Positions 1-7,260 are shown, counted from the stretch's first letter. The stretch: DNA of 24,000 nucleotides from Acinetobacter sp. NPDC052428 (GCF_044547685.1 NZ_JBIUAT010000002.1:134485-158484); one strand, 5' to 3'. Made by a program: numbers and translations. Notes: generated from the sequence alone by a model not told the origin.

Positions 1-531
1 GGCTGTGGCTATAATACCTTGCAAGTCAAAGATGAAGCAGTAACGGCAGCCTGGTCGGAAGTTCAGAACCAGTATCAGCGCCGTGCCGATCTGGTACCTA
101 ATCTGGTCAATGTGGTCAAAGGCTATGCCTCGCATGAAGAGCAAGTTTTAACTGAAGTGACCCAAGCACGTGCCAATGTTGCCGGTTTAAAAGTAGATCG
201 TGAAGTGCTGGAAGATCCTGAACTGTTTCAGCGCTATCAGGAAGCGCAGGCCCAGATGACCAGCGCCTTGTCTCGTCTTTTAGCCGTCACTGAGAATTAT
301 CCAGATTTGAAAGCGAATCAACAGTTCCGTGATTTACAGGTACAGCTGGAAGGGACTGAAAACCGGATTGCTGTGGCACGTAACCGTTATATTACCACAG
401 TACAGGACTTCAACTCTTATGCGCGTCAGTTCCCACAAGTCATGACCGCCAAAGTGATTGGCATGGACACCAAACCGAACTTTAGCGCCGAGCAAAGTGC
501 ACAGAAAGCTCCAACGGTTTCCTTTGAATAA
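1..531 (+). CDS. LemA family protein (5' end lies outside the window)
   Basis: Frame 1 is open from nt 1 (GCGYNTLQVKDEAV...) and stops at 529-531. The AWSEVQNQYQRRADLVPNLVNVVKGYASHE and LEGTENRIAVARNRY stretches are typical LemA motifs. It is followed by TPM-domain genes, as in LemA-TPM operons. Confidence 0.85.
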   Translation, partial: GCGYNTLQVKDEAVTAAWSEVQNQYQRRADLVPNLVNVVKGYASHEEQVLTEVTQARANVAGLKVDREVLEDPELFQRYQEAQAQMTSALSRLLAVTENYPDLKANQQFRDLQVQLEGTENRIAVARNRYITTVQDFNSYARQFPQVMTAKVIGMDTKPNFSAEQSAQKAPTVSFE

Positions 532-562
532 GTATCCCCTTATAAAATAAACGAGAGATCAT

Positions 563-1603
563 ATGTCTGAGATTCTGCTGAAATACTGTGCTGGTTTGAT
601 TCTCATGCTGGGCATGGGAATAACCACGCTTGTTTCAGCAGAAACGGCCACGGCTACAGATACTGAAGAAGTCATTGTAGCCCGTGAAATCTTACAACCT
701 AAAAATAATCAAAATACTCCAGCCCAAAATACAGAAACTGCAGCAGTCTCACAGCCACAAATTGCCAATAACATGGCTGAAGGGCAGCTTCAGCGCGACT
801 TACCCAGCCTGAATGAACCGGTCATTGATCAGGCAAATTTACTTAGTCCCGCTGAAAAACAGCAACTCACTCAGCGCATTCTAAAACTTTATAATGAAGG
901 CAAAGGGCAAATAGGTGTAGTCATTGTTCCGACCACGGGGCAGGAAGATATTTTTGATTATTCCATGCGTGTTGCTGAAGCCTGGCAACTCGGTTCAGCC
1001 AAACGCGATAATGGTTTATTGATGACCATTGCCATCAATGATCGCCGTATTCAAATTCTGACTGGTTATGGTCTGGAAGGGGTGCTGCCCGATATCGTGG
1101 CAGGCCGAATTATCAATGACAAGATCACGCCGTATTTTAAACAGGCTCAATATGCGCAGGGGATCGACTCAGGACTGGCTGAAATAGAACGGATTTTAAA
1201 TCTTGATCCTGAAATTGCAGCACAGGCAGCCGATGAACTGAAGGAACGTCAGGAACAGGCTTATCAGGCACAAAAAGCCAGTAAGGCAACGTTCAGTAGC
1301 GTGCTGTTTATTGTTGTTGCTGGGGTCGTCTGTTCCATGATTTTTGGCAGAAAACTCAGCGCTGCAACTGCCGCAGTTGCAGGCACAGCTGCCGGTCTGG
1401 TCAATGGCATGGGTTTAATTGCCAGTTTAATGATTGGTGCCGGGGTATTCTTTTTATTGGTCACTTCACTGGCCCAGCTGATTTTACATGCCTTTATGGC
1501 AGGTGGTGGCCGCGGCGGTAGTGGTCGTGGTGGTTTTGGGGGCGGCGGCTTCGGCGGTGGCGGTGGTGGATTTGGTGGGGGAGGAGCATCAGGCTCATGG
1601 TAA
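563..1603 (+). CDS. TPM-domain protein, YgcG-like, with a C-terminal membrane segment and Gly-rich tail
   Basis: N-terminal signal-like hydrophobic segment, then a TPM core (VIDQANLLSPAEKQQL...GVVIVPTTG...NGLLMTIAINDRRIQILTGYGLEG). Hydrophobic helices follow, then a GGGRGGSGRGGFGGGGFGGGGGGFGGGGASGSW tail, which I recall as typical of YgcG-type proteins. Confidence 0.85.
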   Translation: MSEILLKYCAGLILMLGMGITTLVSAETATATDTEEVIVAREILQPKNNQNTPAQNTETAAVSQPQIANNMAEGQLQRDLPSLNEPVIDQANLLSPAEKQQLTQRILKLYNEGKGQIGVVIVPTTGQEDIFDYSMRVAEAWQLGSAKRDNGLLMTIAINDRRIQILTGYGLEGVLPDIVAGRIINDKITPYFKQAQYAQGIDSGLAEIERILNLDPEIAAQAADELKERQEQAYQAQKASKATFSSVLFIVVAGVVCSMIFGRKLSAATAAVAGTAAGLVNGMGLIASLMIGAGVFFLLVTSLAQLILHAFMAGGGRGGSGRGGFGGGGFGGGGGGFGGGGASGSW

Positions 1604-2157
1604 CAACGACAGATACGACAGAGATTGTCACGCAGCCGAAGCTGGAAGAACATGCGCAGCCGAGCTTTAAGCGCTGGCTCAAGCATTTCTTTTATATGCC
1701 GGCAACCAAGCGTTTTTTTTCCAAGCAGGATCAGCATGCAATTGGACTGGCAGTAGAGGAAGCCGAGCATGGGCATGTTGGGGAAATTCAGGTAGTAATT
1801 GAAGGCTGTCTGCCTTCACGATCGGCTTATTATCAAGATACTTTATGTCGTGCCCGGCAACTCTTTGCTGAACTTGGGGTTTGGGATACAGAATATAATA
1901 GTGGTGTATTGCTGTATTTGAACCTCTGCGAGCACAAGGTGGAAATTGTGATTGATCGTGGAATTAAGAATGCGACGACCCAGCAAGTCTGGGATGAAAT
2001 CTGCCAAAATATTATTCAGAATTTAGTCCAGCAGCAGTTTAAAGAAGGGGTAATCGAAGGAGTGAAACAGATTGGAAAAGTTTTAGATCAGTATTACGAT
2101 CGAAAAATAGATGATTTAGAGAATGAATTGGGGAATAAACCGATAATTATGGGGTGA
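1597..2157 (+). CDS. TPM-domain protein (second, cytoplasmic-type paralogue)
   Basis: Start overlaps the upstream stop by 7 nt (ATGGTAA). The motif FSKQDQHAIGLAVEEAEHGHVGEIQVVIE...NSGVLLYLNLCEHKVEIVIDRGI fits the TPM phosphatase fold family. Confidence 0.8.
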   Translation: MVTTTDTTEIVTQPKLEEHAQPSFKRWLKHFFYMPATKRFFSKQDQHAIGLAVEEAEHGHVGEIQVVIEGCLPSRSAYYQDTLCRARQLFAELGVWDTEYNSGVLLYLNLCEHKVEIVIDRGIKNATTQQVWDEICQNIIQNLVQQQFKEGVIEGVKQIGKVLDQYYDRKIDDLENELGNKPIIMG

Positions 2158-2165
2158 TTTTAGTC

Positions 2166-2194
2166 AACTAACTGACATTTTTTGTCAGTTAGTT
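2166..2194. promoter_or_regulatory. Perfect 12-bp inverted repeat, either a candidate enhancer-binding (PilR-type) site or an operon-end hairpin
   Basis: AACTAACTGACA-TTTTT-TGTCAGTTAGTT. It lies 9 nt after the TPM gene stop and about 100 nt upstream of the sigma-54 element. No T-run follows on either strand, so it is not a canonical intrinsic terminator. It contains TGTC half-sites. Confidence 0.4.
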
Positions 2195-2280
2195 ACACAA
2201 AATAAAACACAATGATTACAAAAATAAAAATATTTTTTTTAAAGTGCTGTTTTTTCTGTTAATTTTATTATAATAAAACT

Positions 2281-2296
2281 TGGCACACTTAGTGCT
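2281..2296 (+). promoter_or_regulatory. Sigma-54 (RpoN) -24/-12 promoter for the pilin gene
   Basis: TGGCACACTTAGTGCT against the consensus TGGCACG-N4-TTGCW. The GG and GC dinucleotides have the correct spacing. It lies about 75 nt upstream of ATG 2371, and the intervening and upstream DNA is extremely AT-rich. Confidence 0.7.
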
Positions 2297-2370
2297 AAAT
2301 ATAAAATTAAGCTAAATGAGCTTTTTTCTTTAGGCTTATAAATAAACAAAAAACATTTGTGGAGAATGTT

Positions 2371-2859
2371 ATGAACACTATGCAAAAGGGTTTTACCCTT
2401 ATTGAATTAATGATTGTTGTAGCAATTATCGGTATTTTGGCTGCTGTTGCGATTCCTGCTTATCAAGACTATACAAAACGTGCAAAAGTTACAGAAGGTA
2501 TTGCTCTTGCAGCTGCTGCTAAAACTACAGTAGTAGAGAATGCAGCGAGTGCTGCAGTATATAACTTAGGATATTCAGCGCCAACTGCGACTAAAGATGT
2601 CAAATCTGTTGCAATTGATAATGATAATGGTCAAATTACTATTACTTATGCGGCTCCTGTCCAAGATGATGGTACAATTATTTTACGTCCATATACAGGT
2701 CCAGCAGGAACACCAGTAGCTCTACCTGACTCTGATGCAGCAGGAGGTTATACTCCACCTGCCACTCAAATTAATTGGGCATGTGGTGCGTTAGGTGCAG
2801 TAGCTCCAGCCGTTGCAGGTACTTTAGCATCTAAATTAGCACCATCAAATTGTCGTTAA
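2371..2859 (+). CDS. pilA: Major type IV pilin (PilA/ComP-like, type IVa)
   Basis: Class III signal peptide MNTMQKG|[27 protein letters not shown] with Gly-1, Phe+1 and Glu+5. GGAGA lies 5 nt upstream of ATG 2371, so the ORF-track GTG 2359 is probably an over-extension. The C-terminus has a Cys-X22-Cys loop. Confidence 0.95.
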   Translation: MNTMQKGFTLIELMIVVAIIGILAAVAIPAYQDYTKRAKVTEGIALAAAAKTTVVENAASAAVYNLGYSAPTATKDVKSVAIDNDNGQITITYAAPVQDDGTIILRPYTGPAGTPVALPDSDAAGGYTPPATQINWACGALGAVAPAVAGTLASKLAPSNCR

Positions 2860-2870
2860 TTTAAGCTTAA

Positions 2871-2899
2871 AAAAAGACTGGTTTACCAGTCTTTTTTTA
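2871..2899 (+). terminator. Rho-independent terminator after pilA
   Basis: AAAAAGACTGG-TTTA-CCAGTCTTTTT stem-loop followed by a T7 run. Confidence 0.85.
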
Positions 2900-2927
2900 T
2901 GTCTATTTTTATTCTCTGAGTATTCCT

Positions 2928-3665
2928 ATGAAAAGTAAATGCGTTAGATTTTTTCTATGGCACTTTTTCATATCTATTTGTATAGCCATTATCGCCCTGC
3001 TTTGGGTATTTAATATTTGGTATCCGAGCCCATTGGCAAAAGCGACTGGTATTTTAAAAATATTTTTCATGCTTTTAGTAATTGATGTAATTCTTGGTCC
3101 TCTTTTAGGTTGTGTTGTTTATAAAGAAAAGAAAAAGAGCTTAAAATTTGATTTGGTAATTATTTTTTTACTGCAGTTTTCAGCACTTATTTATGGTCTG
3201 TATTCGATTTCACAAGCTCGTCCAGTTTGGATTGCTTATAATGTAGATCGTTTTGAACTTATTCGTGTCAATGATCTTATAACAGATGGTTTTGAAAATA
3301 CTTATGCTGAATACCGATATCCAACGTGGTTAAAACCTAAATTTGTAGGTGTTGAAATTTCAAAAAACATTGAAGAAAAAAATCAAAATTTATTTGAAGA
3401 AGTATTGGGAGGTATTTCAATTGCACAGCGCCCAGAACGCTATGTCGACCTCATTGTGGTCAAACCACAAATACAAGAACGTGCACAAGACCTTATGCAA
3501 TTAAAGCAGTTTAATGAAGCAGCTCAAGTTGAATCTATTTTAGCAAAATACCCAACAGCGAATGCATGGTTGCCTTTAAAAGCCAATGCGGAAGACATGG
3601 TGGTGCTAGTCAATAAAGACACCGCGGAAGTCGTCAAAATCGTCGACCTCCGTCCTTGGAACTAA
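2928..3665 (+). CDS. Type IV pilin accessory membrane protein, TfpX/TfpZ-like
   Basis: A 245-aa ORF immediately downstream of pilA. It has about 4 N-terminal hydrophobic helices (FFLWHFFISICIAIIALLWVF, ILKIFFMLLVIDVILGPLLGCVV, LVIIFLLQFSALIYGLY) and a soluble C-terminal half. Position and architecture match the pilin accessory genes of P. aeruginosa group III-V pilin loci. The family assignment is from memory and is not verified. Confidence 0.6.
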   Translation: MKSKCVRFFLWHFFISICIAIIALLWVFNIWYPSPLAKATGILKIFFMLLVIDVILGPLLGCVVYKEKKKSLKFDLVIIFLLQFSALIYGLYSISQARPVWIAYNVDRFELIRVNDLITDGFENTYAEYRYPTWLKPKFVGVEISKNIEEKNQNLFEEVLGGISIAQRPERYVDLIVVKPQIQERAQDLMQLKQFNEAAQVESILAKYPTANAWLPLKANAEDMVVLVNKDTAEVVKIVDLRPWN

Positions 3666-3682
3666 ACAAAATAAAATGACCC

Positions 3683-3712
3683 AAGCAGATTACCCGTTAA
3701 TCTGCTTTTTTG
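3683..3712 (+). terminator. Rho-independent terminator between the accessory gene and the OTase gene
   Basis: AAGCAGATT-ACCCGTT-AATCTGCTT followed by TTTTTGTTT. Confidence 0.75.
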
Positions 3713-3749
3713 TTTATCATGTGCCAAACTTCTACCGCCTGATATTTCC

Positions 3750-5384
3750 ATGAAATTCATGCTTGCCCTCATCGCAGCAATTTTAATCTCCCTTGCCTGG
3801 CTGATGCCTGTGCATTACCGCCCATGGGTCACTTATACAGGTGAGCTTTACGCATTCTTTGCTCTATTTGCTGTCGCTGCGGTCTGCCTAAAAGAAAAAT
3901 TGAAATCACCTGTCATCAGTTTACCCTTGTTGCTACTCGCCTGTGTGCCTTTTATTCATTTACTGGCAGGGCAGGTTTTCTTCTTTAGCACTGCCATGAT
4001 GGGCTTTATTTTTGTCTTTAGCTTTTGGCTCGCAAGTGTGCTGGGTTATAACCTTTCAACAGGAAACTATAACCGGGAAGAAACCTTTACCAACCTTAGC
4101 TATGTGTTTTTAGCTTCAGGAACGATTACGGGTCTAATTGCGCTGTGTCAATGGACAAATCTAGATGCAATATTGCCAGGCATGGTGAATATCAGTGGCA
4201 ATCAGCGGCCCTATGCTAATTTCGCTCAGCCAAATAATATGGCAACTTTTTTAGTCATGACATTGATGAGCTGCCTGTACCTTTATGAAAAGAAAAAAAT
4301 CCAGACCAAGTGGTTATTTGCCTACGCTGCAGTAATTGTTATGGGAGTGGCTTTAAGTCAGTCACGTACTGCCTGGGTCGCTGCAATTGTAATCATGTTG
4401 TATTTAGCTTTCTATCAATATAAAGGTATTATTCGCCTGAAATGGTATTACAGCACCGCTTGGTTCATCTTCTTTATTTCCTGTATTGTGGCTTTTCCAT
4501 TACTCAGTCAGTTAGCTGCACAAGTAATGGATGCGGACGTAGTTCAAAGCCGGGATGTGGTAGCGCGTGCCACCGGCGATATGTCACGCCTCGCAATCTG
4601 GCAGCAGATGCTGGCAGCCATTCAGGCGCAGCCATGGTTTGGCTATGGCTGGTATCAGACCAGTGTGGCTTTTGTCTCGATTAGTGATACCGTGCAAGGT
4701 CCGGTTTGGATTCGTAGCGCACATAATTTTATTCTGGACTTTTTGCTCTGGAACGGCTTAATTATTGGACTGCCATTTCTGGCGTACTTTGGTTATCTGG
4801 GCTATCAGTTACAACGCTGGGTGAATACGCCAGAATCAGTGATCGGTATTCTCATGATGGGGGCTTTTCTTACCCATGCCATGTTTGAGTTTCCACAGCA
4901 TTATGCCTATTTCCTGCTGCCAGTCGGTTTTATTCTGGGTACGGTTCTGGCACAAAATCCAAAAATTAAAATAATAGTTATGCCATCAATCGGCATGAAA
5001 TTCATTTTTACTGTCGGATTGCTTTTATTGATTGTGATTTATCGCGACTATGATGTTGCGGTGCCAAAACTTGGACAAAGTATTCGTTATGAAAAACAGC
5101 CGGAAAAAATCACCAATGAAAAACCAATTTATCTGCTGACCGAGTTTAATCATCGTATTGCCTGGATTCGTTTAAATCCTTATAGCGAAGCATCTGCTGA
5201 GCAGATTAAGGAAGGTGAACAGATGGTGTTAACTTACCCGACCAAATATAATCTGATCAAATATGCCAAACTTTTAGCTTTTAATGGCAATGAGGTGGAA
5301 GCCAAGCACCAGCTGCAACGCTTAAAGACCATTCAGAAAACTGAAATGAGTTATGAAGAATTAACGCAAGATATGCCACGCTAA
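3750..5384 (+). CDS. O-antigen-ligase-like (Wzy_C) O-oligosaccharyltransferase of the PglL/TfpO/PglS type
   Basis: A 544-aa polytopic membrane protein. It has the ligase-type loop SQSRTAWVAAIVIM ... RSAHNFILDFLLWNG and a soluble C-terminal domain (YPTKYNLIKYAKLLAFNGNEVEAKHQLQRLK). It is located in a pilin locus. No clear SD precedes ATG 3750. Confidence 0.75.
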   Translation: MKFMLALIAAILISLAWLMPVHYRPWVTYTGELYAFFALFAVAAVCLKEKLKSPVISLPLLLLACVPFIHLLAGQVFFFSTAMMGFIFVFSFWLASVLGYNLSTGNYNREETFTNLSYVFLASGTITGLIALCQWTNLDAILPGMVNISGNQRPYANFAQPNNMATFLVMTLMSCLYLYEKKKIQTKWLFAYAAVIVMGVALSQSRTAWVAAIVIMLYLAFYQYKGIIRLKWYYSTAWFIFFISCIVAFPLLSQLAAQVMDADVVQSRDVVARATGDMSRLAIWQQMLAAIQAQPWFGYGWYQTSVAFVSISDTVQGPVWIRSAHNFILDFLLWNGLIIGLPFLAYFGYLGYQLQRWVNTPESVIGILMMGAFLTHAMFEFPQHYAYFLLPVGFILGTVLAQNPKIKIIVMPSIGMKFIFTVGLLLLIVIYRDYDVAVPKLGQSIRYEKQPEKITNEKPIYLLTEFNHRIAWIRLNPYSEASAEQIKEGEQMVLTYPTKYNLIKYAKLLAFNGNEVEAKHQLQRLKTIQKTEMSYEELTQDMPR

Positions 5385-5388
5385 ATAC

Positions 5389-5417
5389 AAAAAAGCCAGC
5401 AGATGCTGGCTTTTTTA
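5389..5417. terminator. Bidirectional intrinsic terminator shared by the convergent OTase gene and bfr
   Basis: AAAAAAGCCAGC-AGAT-GCTGGCTTTTTT, with an A-run upstream and a T-run downstream. Confidence 0.85.
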
Positions 5418-5431
5418 ATTTAATTCTAGCT

Positions 5432-5896
5432 TTAGAGCTGACTTTGAATATAGTTTTCGATACCAATACTTTCGATCAGATCAATTTGTGTCGTGGTCCA
5501 ATCCAGATAATTTTCTTCTTTCTCTAGAATTTCCTGAACCAGATCACGCGTCACATAATCCATTTGGGTTTCAGCCAGTGCGACAGCTTTCTGGATGGCT
5601 TCAATATTCTCTTTGACTTTGCGCACATCACAATGCAGCACTTCTTGAGTATGCTGACCGATATACAGTTTGCCCAAATTTTGTAAATTCGGCAGACCTT
5701 CCAAAAATAAAATACGTTCAATAATTTTATCGGCATGTTTCATCTGAACAATGGATTCTTTATATTCTGCCGAGCCCAGTTTCTCAATGCCCCAGTCATT
5801 AAACATGCGCGAATGCAGGAAATACTGGTTAATGGCAGTTAAGTGGTGATACAACACCTGATTGAGCTGATTAATCACATCACGATTGCCTTTCAT
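5432..5896 (-). CDS. bfr: Bacterioferritin
   Basis: MKGNRDVINQLNQVLYHHLTAINQYFLHSRMFNDWG...YKESIVQMKHADKIIERILFLEG is a classic Bfr sequence. It includes the heme-ligand Met in QMKHAD and the ferroxidase Glu/His residues. GGAG lies 7 nt upstream of the ATG. Confidence 0.95.
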   Translation of the reverse strand: MKGNRDVINQLNQVLYHHLTAINQYFLHSRMFNDWGIEKLGSAEYKESIVQMKHADKIIERILFLEGLPNLQNLGKLYIGQHTQEVLHCDVRKVKENIEAIQKAVALAETQMDYVTRDLVQEILEKEENYLDWTTTQIDLIESIGIENYIQSQL

Positions 5897-6127
5897 CGCA
5901 TAACTCCATTTGGACCTGTTTTATCTTTCTAAGAAAGCGCTCTAATCCTGATAGTAAAGCAAGTCAGGGGCAAATGGCGAGTAATTTATCAAATCAAACG
6001 TAAAACCTCGTTTTCAAGGCAGGGATATAAATGAGTGACCTAAGCCATACGACATGAAATGTCGTTTCAAATTAACATTTTTAACTTTGGATATTCTATT
6101 GGTTATTTTCATTGATAAAATAATCGC

Positions 6128-7189
6128 ATGAAAATACTTAAATTACGCATTAAAGATAAACATTCTAAGATATTAGAGCAATTAGCATCTGAAGTGAATT
6201 TCGTCTGGAATTATGTCAATGATTTAAGCTTTAAACACCTTAAAAGAAAAGGTGAATTTCTCAGTGCTTACGATATTGCTGAATATACGAAAGGTACATC
6301 TAGGCTTTGTGGGTTACATAGTCAAACCATTCAGGCTGTTACCGAAGAATTAGTCATACGCAGAAAGCAATTCAAGAAGACCAAACTAAAATGGCGGGTC
6401 AGTCATAAGAAATCAGCCAGAAGATCACTAGGTTGGATACCCTTTAAGAAAGTAGCAATCAAGTATGCTGATGGCCATATCCAGTATGGCAAGCATCAGT
6501 TTAAAATATGGGATAGCTATGGACTGTCAAATTACAGTATCAAGACTGGTTCGTTTGTCGAGGATGCGCGTGGCCGCTGGTATGCCTGCTTAGTTGTGAA
6601 TAGCCCTAAAATTGAGAAATCGACTGCGACTAATTTGATTGGGATTGATCTGGGCTTAAAGGATATAGCCACTTGTTCGGATGGTACGATAATTTCAAAT
6701 CCCAAGTTCTACCGTCAATATGAACAGAAATTAGGGATTGCTCAACGAGCTAAAAATAGAAAACGTGTCCGTGCATTACACGCCAAGATTGCAAACTGTC
6801 GTAAAGACCATTTGCACAAAGCAAGTACGATGCTTATAAAGAAAAATGCACTAATTGTTGTAGGCGATCTGAGTGCGAAAAAACTGGTGAAAACCAAGAT
6901 GGCGAAGTCTGTTCTGGATACCGGATTTTCAGCATTCAAGACCATGCTCAAGTATAAATGCGAGAACGCAGGAGTATGGTTTGAAGAAGTTAGTGAAAGT
7001 TTCACAACCCAAATGTGTTCGTGCTGTGGTGAGGTCACTGCAAGCAGTCCGAAAGGTAGAGCAGATTTGCGAATAAGAGTATGGGAATGTGAAAACTGTT
7101 CAAGTGTTCTGGATCGGGACTTGAATAGTGCTAAGAACATACTTGCGCTTGGGCATAAGCGTCTCGCAGGAGGAATCAGCTCTATTTAG
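6128..7189 (+). CDS. tnpB: TnpB (IS605 OrfB / RNA-guided endonuclease family)
   Basis: RuvC-I IGIDLGLKD (D174). Zinc ribbon CSCCG...CENCS (C297/C300, C321/C324). RuvC-III DRDLNSAKNI (aa 329-338). The C-terminal LGHKRLAGGISSI tail is typical of the family. Confidence 0.9.
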   Translation: MKILKLRIKDKHSKILEQLASEVNFVWNYVNDLSFKHLKRKGEFLSAYDIAEYTKGTSRLCGLHSQTIQAVTEELVIRRKQFKKTKLKWRVSHKKSARRSLGWIPFKKVAIKYADGHIQYGKHQFKIWDSYGLSNYSIKTGSFVEDARGRWYACLVVNSPKIEKSTATNLIGIDLGLKDIATCSDGTIISNPKFYRQYEQKLGIAQRAKNRKRVRALHAKIANCRKDHLHKASTMLIKKNALIVVGDLSAKKLVKTKMAKSVLDTGFSAFKTMLKYKCENAGVWFEEVSESFTTQMCSCCGEVTASSPKGRADLRIRVWECENCSSVLDRDLNSAKNILALGHKRLAGGISSI

Positions 7190-7255
7190 AGAGGTGAGGA
7201 TGTCAAGGAACAGCAAATGAAAATCGACATCGAATCGATCCAGACTCAGATGAGT
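7040..7255 (+). ncRNA. Predicted omega-RNA (reRNA) scaffold overlapping the tnpB 3' end and right end; extent uncertain
   Basis: In TnpB systems the guide RNA is transcribed from the 3' end of tnpB through the right end. The sequence just past the stop still reads RGEDVKEQ (AGAGGTGAGGATGTCAAGGAACAG) in the tnpB frame. As I recall, related elements conserve a similar GEDV-type tail, which would point to RNA-level conservation. No covariance model was run. Confidence 0.3.
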
Positions 7256-7260
7256 GGCAA

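Larger units (their letters stand above)
6020..7255 (+). mobile_element. IS200/IS605-family element carrying only tnpB (IS1341-like); ends are approximate
   Basis: tnpB ORF with a subterminal hairpin upstream (ACGACAT-GAA-ATGTCGT, 6049-6065). A related imperfect hairpin lies downstream (ATCGA-CATCGAA-TCGAT, about 7222-7238). The right end must lie left of the bfd terminator at 7261-7287. No Y1 transposase gene is present. Exact ends cannot be fixed without a comparison sequence. Confidence 0.45.

Noticed and set aside
1264-1776. A 170-aa minus-strand ORF with a long Pro-rich stretch (PPPPNPPPPPPKPPPPKPP), plus two short ORFs at 1488-1682
   Set aside because: It is the antisense mirror of the GGN-repeat Gly-rich tail and membrane segment of the TPM gene. 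It overlaps two well-supported plus-strand genes and has no independent signals.
2359-2370. N-terminal extensions suggested by the ORF track for pilA (GTG 2359), bfd (TTG 7560), spoT (TTG 10345), ispH (GTG 11642), fimU (12726), pilX (14764), the ComE-like gene (GTG 19579), rimM (TTG 21072) and rplS (22533)
   Set aside because: In each case an internal ATG has a better-placed SD. It also restores the conserved family N-terminus, such as a 6-13 aa prepilin leader ending in Gly, or [14 protein letters not shown] for IspH.
4442-4761. Two alternative-frame ORFs (80 and 64 aa) inside the OTase gene
   Set aside because: They are embedded in a continuous 544-aa membrane-protein frame, and their Cys/Arg-rich composition is typical of off-frame translation.
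5927-5939. Short palindrome CTTTC-TAA-GAAAG upstream of bfr, considered as an operator or terminator
   Set aside because: The stem is only 5 bp, there is no T-run, and it matches no binding consensus I know. This is too weak to call.
6742-7140. A 132-aa minus-strand ORF inside tnpB
   Set aside because: It lies fully antisense to the motif-rich TnpB frame and has low-complexity, unrecognisable content.
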